A stretch of 64,000 bases of DNA from Azolla caroliniana (taxonomy: Eukaryota; Plantae; Polypodiophyta): NCBI GenBank assembly GCA_043228905.1, contig JBHGNT010000002.1, positions 10,540,001 through 10,604,000 of the forward strand, given 5' to 3'. Positions 51,064 to 61,429 of this stretch are shown piece by piece. The position numbers and the translations under genes were made by a program. Below the pieces are notes generated by a model that was given only the letters and a program-made list of their open reading frames with translations, had not been told where the DNA came from and did no database searches. Each line of letters starts with the position of its first letter. Within the stretch, counting starts at the first letter, position 1.

Positions 51064-51577
51064 CATTTGTACAGCTAATTAGCTGCATTTGTACAGCTAA
51101 TTAGCTACTGATGACTATTTCGCTATAACTTATAACTTAAAACTTAACAAAAAAGACATGATTTTATTGAGAAAGAAGCACAGAAAGCAGACTGTATACA
51201 AGAAATTGATTCCAAACGAATTTATTGATCTGTTTTTGCGAAATACATGTTTGTTTTACAAGAGAACATGGTAAGTGCTACTTGTAGCTACAAATTCCAT
51301 GGCATACTATTGTAAATACATTTGTACAGCTAATTAGCTGCATTTGTACAGCTAATTAGCTACTGATGACTATTTCGCTATAACTTATAACTTAAAACTT
51401 AACAAAAAAGACATGATTTTATTGAGAAAGAAGCACAGAAAGCAGACTGTATACAAGAAATTGATTCCAAACGAATTTATTGATCTGTTTTCGCGAAATA
51501 CATGTTTGTTTTACAAGAGAACATGGTAAGTGCTACTTGTAGCTACAAATTCCATGGCATACTATTGTAAATACATT
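51064..51577. repeat. 255-bp tandem duplication including the transposase stop codon and 3' UTR
   Basis: ctacaaattccatggcatactattgtaaatacatt occurs at 51288 and 51543, with near-identical sequence on the left of each copy. Confidence 0.9.
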
Positions 51578-54500
51578 CATACACATTAGCACCAACAGTG
51601 TATAAACCGGAGCAGCTATTGTATTCTGACATTGGGACGTTGATGCATCTGACCAAATGAGAGTACATATACGCCGCTGGTTTGTCTTCTAACAGCCTGT
51701 ACACATATTCGTAGTCATCTAGTTTTGCATAAAAAATGCCTTCGATGTAGAATGTCCCGGCAGATACAAAATTTCCCCATGCATCTACAATATTCTGCCT
51801 TGCACACTGTTTACTAACCGTGCACTTTAATATATAGAAATCAGCACCCTCTGAATTGCCTTCTTCAGCATTTACAGCGAAGTTATCCCCAACGTTCAGG
51901 ACATCACTCAAAGTATCTCCAAGTCCCTCATATGTGAAGTCAGCATTCTGCCCTGTTTCTCCATCAACTGCTTCCTTATCATTCAGAGTGTGATACTCCC
52001 AATTCTGAATGTATGCTTTGTTTAGACAATATCTCCAATTTCCCTGCACACAATGGAAGCAAAAACAAGTCAATTCTCTAACCGCAATACAATGACCATC
52101 CAACCTGGAATAACCGCGAACAGCATGCAGAGATCGCAATTCGGGAATTCCTTGGCACTCCCAGGTCTTCTCCCTATTTACTTCATCTATCTTCACTTCC
52201 CAAAATTCACGTTTGATATCTCGAACTTGCGAGGAATAAACACCTGTGGCACTCGTCGACATATTTGTTCTTAAAAATTCAACTACATGTGATGCACAAT
52301 TCATGTGCACACCATCTGTCTTTAGTTGTTCATGGGTAAGTGCCCGCTTTATAACAGCCCCTGCACCATCATGTTCACCTTTACCATGGCCAGACCCAAA
52401 AAAATTCCATCTCATCTCCAAACCTGTTATAGCAGGATACCTCCCCACAAAATAAAATGGACGTCGAGCCTTGAATTGTGACGCAGCTCCGTCAGACCAG
52501 ACCCAATGTTGAGTAAGCTCCAAACGTTGAGCTAATAACCACTGCCAATGTAACTTAAAACAGTGTTGGACGAACAAGGTATCATGCTTCTTATCATCGG
52601 AAATAAAGAAATGAATTACTTTTTTAACATCACCTGAAACTCGAAAATATGTTATGTGCACAAAAATGGTTACCTGAACTGAACACCAATGCATAGATTG
52701 AATTTCATTCTGCTGCTTGAAAGTATAATTCTCTGCGAAATCTACTACTGAGACTACTACATCATTTGGGAAATCAGATATGCAAGTCTTAAACTGATGG
52801 GCCTGCCATGAATAAATGAAGTTGTGTTTAATGAACTTTCCTAGAGATACTACAAACAGAGACACCAAATCCCTTGGTTTAAGCATCTTCCGAACTAGAT
52901 CCTTTCTTTTACACACCTTTCCTTCGAAATTGGTGTTCACTGACTCAAATAACTTCACAGAGATCAATATTTCACTACTCAATTCATTTGGACACCACCT
53001 AAATCTAGTAGGGCCACAATCTTGACATAAACCCATGACACATTTATGAATATGGAAGATAGCGTCAGATTCTCTCGGACACAATATTGAATCTAATAAA
53101 TAACTCATGGAAGAGATAACGTGCTCAGATGATTTACACTCCTCTTGCGGGCTTGATCGACAGATTGGGCACCCACATGTGCAAACTGTATTAGTTAGGG
53201 ATGCGCTATGGTGACGTAGTAGATTAACAGAGTCCTTCAGAAAACCCATCTGTACATGGTAAATGCAACAACATGTGTATCGATCCTTTAAGTGTCTCAC
53301 AAAGTGTGGCTTAAGAGACTCGAATGTTCGTAGTTGAACTTTGATAGTTGGATGCATTCGTTTGAACCTAATAAATAAATCGACCTGCGTAATAAAGGGG
53401 AATTAGTTATTCTCGTAACTAGCTAACTATCCTAGTAGCTAATTAGCTATTCTAGTAGCTAGTTAGCTATTCTAGTAGCTAATTAGCTATCATGGTAGCT
53501 AATTAGCTGTCCTAGTAGCTAATTGGTTGTCCTAGTAGCTAATTAGCTATCATGGTAGCTAATTAGCTGTCGTAGTAGCTAATTAGCTATCATGGTAGCT
53601 AATTAGCTGTCGTAGTAGCTAATTAGCTATCATGGTAGCTAATTAGCTGTCCTAGTAGCTAATTAGCTGCTCTAGTAGCTAATTAGCTATCATGGTGGCT
53701 AATTAGCTTTCCTAGTAACTAATTAGCTATCATGGTAGCTAATTAGCTTGTCTAGTAGCTAATTAGCTATCATGGTGGCTAATTAGCTTTCCTAGTAACT
53801 AATTAGCTATCATGGTAGCTAATTAGCTGGTCTAGTAGCTAATTAGCTATCGTGGTAGCTAATTAGCTGGTCTAGTAGCTAATTAGCTATAATGGTGGCT
53901 GATTAGCTTTCCTAGTAACTAATTAGCTATCATGGTAGCTAATTAGCTGGTATAGTAGCTAATTAGCTATCGTGGTGGCTAATTAGCTGTCCTAGTAACT
54001 AATTAGCTGTCCTAGTAACTAATTAGCTATCATGGTAGCTAATTAGCTGGTCTAGTAGCTAATTAGCTATAATGGTGGCTAATTAGCTATCCTAACTAAT
54101 TAGCTATCATGGTAGTAGCTATTGAGAGTAGCCAGTTACCTATGTAGTAGCTATCATAGTAGCTAATTAGCTATCATGGTAGCTAATTAGCTTTCCTAGT
54201 AGCTAATTAGCTGGTAATAACGAAATAGCTAACTAGCTACCATGATAGCTAACTAGCTAGCAGTACAACTAATTATCTGGTAGTACCTAAATTAGCTATT
54301 GAGAATAGCTAATTAGCTATCATGGTAGTAACTATTGAGAGTAGCTAGTTACCTATGTAGTAGCGATCCTAGTAGCTAACTGAGGTAAATGTAACTGATA
54401 AGCTAATTAGCTTTTCTGCTAACTGAGCTAATTAACTTTCCGAGTAGAGTCAAAACAAATGTTGAGATAAATGTAAATACCTGAGGTACATCAAGAAGAT

Positions 54501-55230
54501 GAATGGGATGCTCCTCGTATTGATTTCTTCCAACACGTTTCCTGCATAAATCCTTTTTATTGGGTGAAACCCTACTCTCATTAGTCCAAAACATTGTGAT
54601 TACATCCTTGATTTCAAATGTTATGGGTGTCATTGGCTTACATCTTGTAGTTAGCTTTAGTAGACTAGTTCCTTCACCCGAGGAAATTATACGGTTCATT
54701 GTATTGTACACTGTTTTTCTACTAACACCAATTACCTTAGATAGCTCACTGATGTTTATATCGTCAACATCACTATTAAGTAACATCATTAGACTAGACC
54801 TTTTTAAGACAAGATCATCTTCTGACCTGCTCATGGATACGAAACTATTACGAAGATTATTTACTAAAATAGATGATATGTTTGCATTAAGACCATCACA
54901 ATCAACTAAGTCCTTTATCGATGGATCATTACATATTCCATAAAGTACTACCTTCTTTTCTTCATTGCTGATGTGCTTGGTTTGAACATTGAAATAGTCT
55001 ACAACCTTTCTCTCTATGATGGTAGTCGCATTACTTACATTCTCAGCTAAACTATCCTTACCTTTACTGAGTGTGGCTTTCGTATCCTTCAACAATTGAC
55101 GATGTTTCCTTTTTTTTTCTGCCCAATAGTTTCGTATGGCTTGTTGTGTCCTGATAACATCATCCCTATCCTTATGATCATTGAGGGGTAATTCTAAACA
55201 CCCTTCTTCCCCTTCCATTTGGCTAGACAT
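51543..55230 (-). CDS. Sola2-like DDD transposase, two exons (54481-55230, 51543-53384), ~863 aa
   Basis: CAG|GTATTT donor and ACGCAG|GTC acceptor join in phase 0 (HLLDVPQ|VDLFIRFKRMHP). Motifs CCCIYH, VDFAENY..NEIQSMHW, WSDGAASQFK, FFGSGHGKGEHDGAG and CFCFHC. No stops. Confidence 0.85.
53418..54430. repeat. Array 2 of the palindrome TAGCTAATTAGCTA (mostly 20-bp period), filling transposase intron 53385-54480
   Basis: Units such as aattagctatcatggtagct and aattagctgtcctagtagct run in strict 20-bp register over most of the intron. Confidence 0.97.
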
Positions 55231-55562
55231 GTTAAAACCCTAAATTTCCAGAAAAAAAAACAAGTATTAAAGATGGCTATGGGCAACAACAATACACAAA
55301 AATATTCCACACAATACACAAGATTAGACACAACAATACACAAGATAATCAATAGACAGAAAAGTTATTGCAATCCAAGACCGAACAGTAGAGGATTTCA
55401 CTCTGTTGGATCCAACAGTTGAGGAGGCGATCCAAGACCGACCAATGGCAACAACTGAGTGTAGAATGTTGCCGTTGGATGAGTGAACTCCGTCAAATCG
55501 AAATGTGGAAGCAATTCGGGACTGGACAGTAGTGGCAACTGAGTATAGAATGATGGCAATGG

Positions 55563-56219
55563 AGGAGAGAACCCCGTCAGATTGAACAGTTACCGATGAT
55601 GCTTGAAACGCACATAGAAGGCACTTGAGAATAGAGTGGCATAGAGAAGAGAACCCCGTCAGATTGAACAGTTACCAATGATGCTTGAAACGCACAGTAG
55701 CGGCCCCTGAGTGAGAGTGGAAAAGAGAAGAGAACCCCGTCAGATTGAATAGCTCTTTGATTATGCTTGGAACGCACAGTAGCAACCCCTGAGTGTAGAG
55801 TGGCAAAGAGAAGAGAACCCCGTCAGATTGAATAGCTCTTTGATGATGCTTGGAACGCACAGCAGCGGCCCCTGAGTGTAGAGTGGCACAGAGAAGAGAA
55901 CCCCCTCAAATTGAACAGCTCTTTGATGATGCTTGGAACGCACAGTAATGGCCCCTGAGTGTAGAGTGGCACAGAGAAGAGAACCCCCTCAGATTGAACA
56001 GCTCTTTGATGATGCTTGGAACGCACAGTAATGGCCCCTGAGTGTAGAGTGGCACAGAGAAGAGAACCCCGTCAGATTGAACAGCTCTTTGATGATGCTT
56101 GGAATGCACAGTAGTGGCCCCTGAGTGTAGAGTGTCACAGAGAAGAGAACCCCGTCAGATTGAGCAGCTCTTTGATGATGCTTGGAACGCACAGTAGCGG
56201 CCCCTCAGTGTAGAGTGGC
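55563..56219. repeat. 83-bp tandem repeat (~8 copies) upstream of the transposase gene
   Basis: GAGAAGAGAACCCCGTCAGATTGAACAGCTCTTTGATGATGCTTGGAACGCACAGTAGCGGCCCCTGAGTGTAGAGTGGCACA; the spurious ORF starts recur every 83 bp. Confidence 0.95.
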
Positions 56220-59200
56220 GGCAGGTGGACTCGATAGGGTTTAGCAACAGTGGTAGCAACTAACCCACAGTACTCAACTAGAGATGGCCTATGTGATGTG
56301 GCAAAGGATCATGCATAATGGACCTAGGAATTCGATATATAATTTATGGTACACATTTATGGTGCACACATCAATTTATGTTGCACATTTATGGCACTCA
56401 TTTACATATGTAATTAAAACACTCTAGTATTTTCAATGGTAGTTTTTTGCATACTTAATTTATTAATGATGGCTTTTTACTAAAATGACTATTTATCAAT
56501 GGTAGCTTTTTGCATAGCTAATTAGCTATGTCAAGGACATAGCTAATTGTTTCCACTCGCATGCTTTCACCCAGGAGTCATCAGCAGATTCATGCACAAC
56601 CCCAACCGATCGCATTGGAACGCAGTCAAGCATGTGTTCAGATATCTAGCTGGCACAAAAGACCACGACATTCTCTTTGGTCCGAACTCAACCTCAGGCG
56701 TAGTCGGTTACACCGACTCGGACTTCGCCGGCTGTGTGGACAGTTGGAAATCAACTACTGGATACTGTTTCAAATTCGGCAATGGAGCAATCTCGTGGAA
56801 GTCAAAACTTCAAGAGTGCACAACCACCTCAATGACCGAAGCAGAATATGTAGCCACGTCCGACGTGGCAAAAGAAGCCTTATGGCTCGGTCGGTTGGCG
56901 CACACATTTTGATAGGTCGACTTCGACTCGGCTCCAGTTGTCTATAGCGACAGTCAGGGTGCTGTTGCTTTGTCAAAAAATCCGGTTCACCACAATGCCT
57001 CTAAGCATATCGATGTTCAATATCACTTCGTTCGGGACTGCGTCATTTTAGGGAAAATCGGTCTGAAGAATATATCCACAACCGATAATGTTGTAGATGG
57101 AATGACCTAGTGTCTTTCGGCGGATAGTTTCCGGTCCCTTCGGCACCAGATGGGCGTAACGAAAAATCGGTCTGATTAAAGTCAGACACACAGCATAGGA
57201 TGGTTTCGGACCACCGACATCGGTTCTCTAAGGATTGGCTTCAGCTCTTCCGACCCGACCAGTTCGGTCCTCTATCTTTGGATCTTGCCGACTCTGACAA
57301 AACCGATCTGTCCAATAAACCTTGTATATATATACCTGTAATTCTCTAGATAACCCATGTATACGCCCATTATGGGGGAGTGTCGAATACGAGTGTATAA
57401 TGGCCGTATTCACATTGTCCCTTTGGACATCCCAAGTTCGGGCTATTTCTGTAAATAGCATAAAGGGCAGTTGCCCTAGGATAGTCACTATATAAAGTGA
57501 CTTTATAACCTTTAGTAAAGGTTGGTTGTCATTTGTAACTGTTGCTATTAGAATATAACTTTTCCTTTGTGCCTCTCTCTCTCTCTCCCTTTGTGTCTAT
57601 CTTGCTCGTGTACTAGGTTCTTCTTCATCACGAGTGTTTCTTGCACTTCCGCATTGACAGCCTTGTCCCCAACACACGGTGCCAAAGAAGAACAGCATGT
57701 TGCGCTTCATACAGGACCTACAACCGGTCAACAAGGTGACCATCCGTAACGCAGGAATCAGGCCGACCATAGACGAGTTTGCGGAGGCCTTCGCCGGAAG
57801 GTCGATCTATTCGATCGGTGACTTATACTTGGGGTACGACCAGTTCCAACTAGCCGTAGAGAGCAAGGACATCAGTACAATGCGGACTCCTCTCGGTTTG
57901 GTGCGGATGTGTACCCTACCGCAAGGAGGAACGAATTCAGTGGCGCACATGGTGAATGCAATGAACAAGGTGTTGAGGGACTGCATCCCGGACATCACTA
58001 TGCCGTTCCTAGACGATGTACCGATAAAAGGGTGTCAGGTGGAGGATGCAGACAAAACGGTCGGCCCGGACGGATGCCGGAGGTTCGTCGTGAACCACAT
58101 CAATGATTGTGATAAGGTGCTGCAGAGGCTGGAGAGTGCGCGACTCACCTTCTCCGGAGAGAAATCAGCGTTCGGGTAGACGGAGATCCTGGTAGTCGGA
58201 CACTTGTGTGGGCCCTATGGCCGGAAACCGTCCCCGGCAAAGGTAGAAGCCATCTCCGTGATGAAGGACGATTGCGGGTCAGTTACGGAGGTCCGCAGAT
58301 TCTTGGGTGTGTGCGTGTTCTACCGCATCTGGATTCCGCACTACGCACATGTTGCGGAACCGCTCTACGGGCTATTGAAGAAAGGGCATAGGTTCGAGTG
58401 GAGGACGGAGCACACGGAGTCGGTCCGGAGACTGAAGGAGGCGCTCGCCGCGGCACCGGGTCTCCGGAAAGCGGTTTACTACAAGGAAGTCCCCATTTAC
58501 GTGATGGTGTACACGAGCCCGACTGGGATGGCGAAGGTATTGAGCGAGCGGCAGCGAGGATAGGCCCAAGTTAAGCGCGAGCTATGGGGTATCTTTTCGG
58601 CTGTTAAGGCCGACAAAGACTATCTGATCGGGATGGAAGTAATCATCGAGACGGACTGCCTACCGATTCTGGGTTTAGGGTTTTCGGATGCGCAACTCCG
58701 GACCTGGTGATGCTCAGGTTGATCGCGTACACCAAGTCCCTGAATCCGGAGATATGACACATCTCCGGGAAGGATAATGCCATGGCCTATATGCTTTCAA
58801 GGGCGCGGTTCAGCGACGAGGACGACACGGTTTCGGATAACGAAGAAGTCGGCGAGGACTTCTTCGGGTCAACAAACGTAACAAGAAGAAAGGCAAGCAC
58901 TCCGGCGCTTAACGAGTTCGACGAGAGTGAATATGACGAAGAGTGGCTCCGAATCGGGAGGTTCCTACGGACGATGACCCTGGAAGCGGCGTGGACGAGA
59001 GAAGAGGTCTGCTAGGTGCAGAAGAAGGCGTACCGGTTCTTCCTATAGGAAGGGCGCATATGGAAGCAACCGAATAAGCGAAGCGGCACCCCACTCCACG
59101 TAGTGGCGAGGGAGGACAAGCAGAAAGTGCTGCTTATGGCGTACCACGAGAGTCCTTGGGCCGGACACCGCGGGATATGGGCCACATTCGAGAAGCTGAA

Positions 59201-61429
59201 GGGGAAGTACTGGTGGTCGGGACTATACCGAGACGTGCATCGGTTCGTAACGACTTGCGAAAGCTGTCAGATGCACTCCATAGTCCAACATCGAGACGAG
59301 CTTCACCCGACCTACCCTCCGACCGTCCACTTCAAGTGGATGGTGGATCTGGTGACGATGCCGATGGGGGTAGGGCAGATGCGATATTTGGTGCTGGCTC
59401 GGGAGGACCTGACGAACCAGGTGGAAGGCCGAGCGTTGTAGAACAAAATGACCGCGGCTGTGTGTCGGTTTCTAATCAAAGATGTGGTATGCCGATACGG
59501 GTGCGTCGGCAAGATCGTGCCCGACCGCGGAGAACTAGACATGCAAGAGGCTGAAGAGCTGTTTGACTGGCTAGGGGTTAAACTCTCGCTGACCACGGCG
59601 TACAATCCGGAGGCTAACGGAAAGGTGGAATGCGGACACAGACCAATCGTCAAAGCGTTAGTACGGGCGTGTGGAGGCCAAGTCGAAAATTGGCCGCGTC
59701 TCTTACCCTATGCGTTGTGGGCGGACCGGACTACGCACAATTCGGTAACGGGGTTCATGCCGGCGGAACTAATGTACGAGCAGAAGCTGATCATGCCGGT
59801 GGAACGAACAATTTCTTCGTGGGCCGCGGTGGGCTGGAAGGACGAAATGAGCCGGGAAGAGTTGTTGGCGGCGCGGATCCGGCAACTTGAGTGGAGGCCG
59901 GAGGACGTGGAATGGGCGAAGGATAAGCTGCACGCGGCAAGGGAACGAAACAAAACCCGGTTTGACCGGACACACCAGCTACGACTGAGGAAGGCGACTG
60001 GGTGCTGGTTTACGAAAGTAGCCTCGACAACCAGCACAAGGCGACCCACAAATTTGTGAGGAGATGGTTCAGGCCCTACACGGTGACGAGCACGAACGAC
60101 AATGGCACGTACCATCTGGCAGAGCTTGACGAGACACAATTGGCGGTGCCGGTAGCCTGGAAGCGGATTAAAGTGTTCAAGAAGAGGTACGAAGACGAGC
60201 CAGGGCGGGGGAGCGATATCAACGACGATCAGTTCGGGGACGCCGATAATTCGGAGAGCGACGAGTGAACGGGAGCCGGTTTTCTCCAGTATCTATCCCT
60301 CTCCGGCGCATACCGGTGGATGCGCGGTTTGGTGGGGGTGGATCTCGTGAAGAAAACCGGCTAGAAGCGGAATCGGCGAAGCAAAGCGCGTGAACTGGGC
60401 CTACACTTTTCCACGCCAATTAATACCTTGTATATAACTAGGAGTAGGACGGTGGGTGTAATTAGACTAGATGTGACGCATTGAATGTCTAGGAAATCAA
60501 AGAGTATCTTTGTTCGAAAGGACAGAGAATAAATTGATGAAAACGAGGGTGCAACGGCCTGCCTCGACGGCCTATAAAAGGGAAGGAAGAAGGCGGATAA
60601 ATACATTGCGTTTTGGGAGCGAGGACGAAGTCCTGTCGGACTGGGACTGAGCTCTCTCCTCCATCGTTCGTCATTCTCTGTAGGATTTTGGACTGAGTTG
60701 CCTCTGCTTCGTGGACAACCCATGTGCTTCCGGTAGAGGCTCCATAGTGCAGTCAGGGCTGTGTGCATGTGTAAGAATCGTGTGTGTGCGTGTTCGCTTG
60801 AGTTGGGTTCGTTGCCGGCTTGCTGATTGTAATCATTATTAATTTTGTAATTAAGACTTTGTTCTCTCTCTCTTTCCCCCTCTGCATTTCTGCAAGTTAT
60901 GCTCTCTCTCTCTTCTTTCTCACGCTCCTTGGTTCAAGGCCCCCGCGGTCCCGCCTCTTTCCACGCACGAAGAGCGTAACAACTCGACAACGTACTATAC
61001 AAATGATGATGTACTATACGTATTTAAATGTTCAATACGGGTATGTAAAAAACCATGATACCAACACAGAGGAACCGACGGATCGAGATGCGCTGGAGTC
61101 ATAACAACAAAGGAGCTGAGATGGGCCTTCTTAGTAGACAAGCCGACCGAGAAGGTCGAGGTGCACGGGACCTGATGGGTCGTGGAAAGCAGAACCGGAT
61201 GGGTCAAGGAGATTGAATGGAAGATTCTGGTATGCCAACATCTGAAGGAGAGACGAGTATCCACGTGACCGGTACAATCAAGAATACGATCAAAAGAGAG
61301 GAACAGAACGAAGGTATCCTGATTGGCAACCACAATCGACGGCACAAGTGCCACAACTTGGAACAAGATTATTGACATGGCCCAGACACCAACAAGGCAT
61401 TGCCGGAGGGTGACATAATACATCTAGAA

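Larger units (their letters stand above)
45141..56572. mobile_element. 11.4-kb TIR DNA transposon, Sola2-like, carrying cargo genes
   Basis: 25-bp TIR GGGTRAAAGCATGCGAGTGGAAACA (45141-45165 and 56548-56572, one mismatch); 4-bp TSD AGGA at 45137-45140 and 56573-56576; removal restores copia RPDISHDVGVISRFMHNP. Confidence 0.93.
40868..57674 (+). mobile_element. Ty1/copia element I (degenerate) inserted in gypsy H RT and interrupted by the Sola2-like element
   Basis: LTRs at 40868-41166 and 57381-57674; TSD CACGG at 40863-40867 and 57675-57679 (removal restores WFTVPKKN); iMet PBS 41169-41180; decayed gag-pol ~41836-45140 and 56577-57178. Confidence 0.95.
37273..60989 (+). mobile_element. Ty3/gypsy non-chromoviral element H (possibly Ylt1-like), degenerate, interrupted by copia I
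   Basis: LTRs at 37273-37923 and 60343-60989, visibly diverged; 4-bp TSD ACGT at 37269-37272 and 60990-60993; PBS TGGTGAACCCGACGTGAA 37928-37945; protease VDHSSEINLM, KYKTVDRKVRPV, RT YDQF..LPQG..FLDD, integrase MVDL..PDRGE..NGKVE. Confidence 0.92.
36474..61057. mobile_element. Small non-autonomous hAT-like DNA element (36474-37272 + 60994-61057) split by gypsy H
   Basis: Ends CAAGGTT../..AACCATG; degenerate 8-bp TSD ACACCGAC (36466-36473) vs ATACCAAC (61058-61065), differing by two transitions; AT-rich non-coding body. Confidence 0.55.

Noticed and set aside
47299-54430. Palindromic repeat arrays as a CRISPR-like array
   Set aside because: Linkers are only ~4-20 nt and are reused from a small set rather than unique spacers; no cas-like genes; eukaryotic intronic context.
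55577-56192. Six similar short ORFs (MRSKHHQRA...) as a peptide gene family
   Set aside because: They are the 83-bp tandem repeat read in shifting frames, with no evidence of coding function.
45141-56572. Assignment of the DNA transposon to CACTA, hAT, Mutator or Harbinger
   Set aside because: The ends are not CACTA, the TSD is 4 bp (not 3, 8 or 9-11), and the catalytic motifs do not match those transposases.
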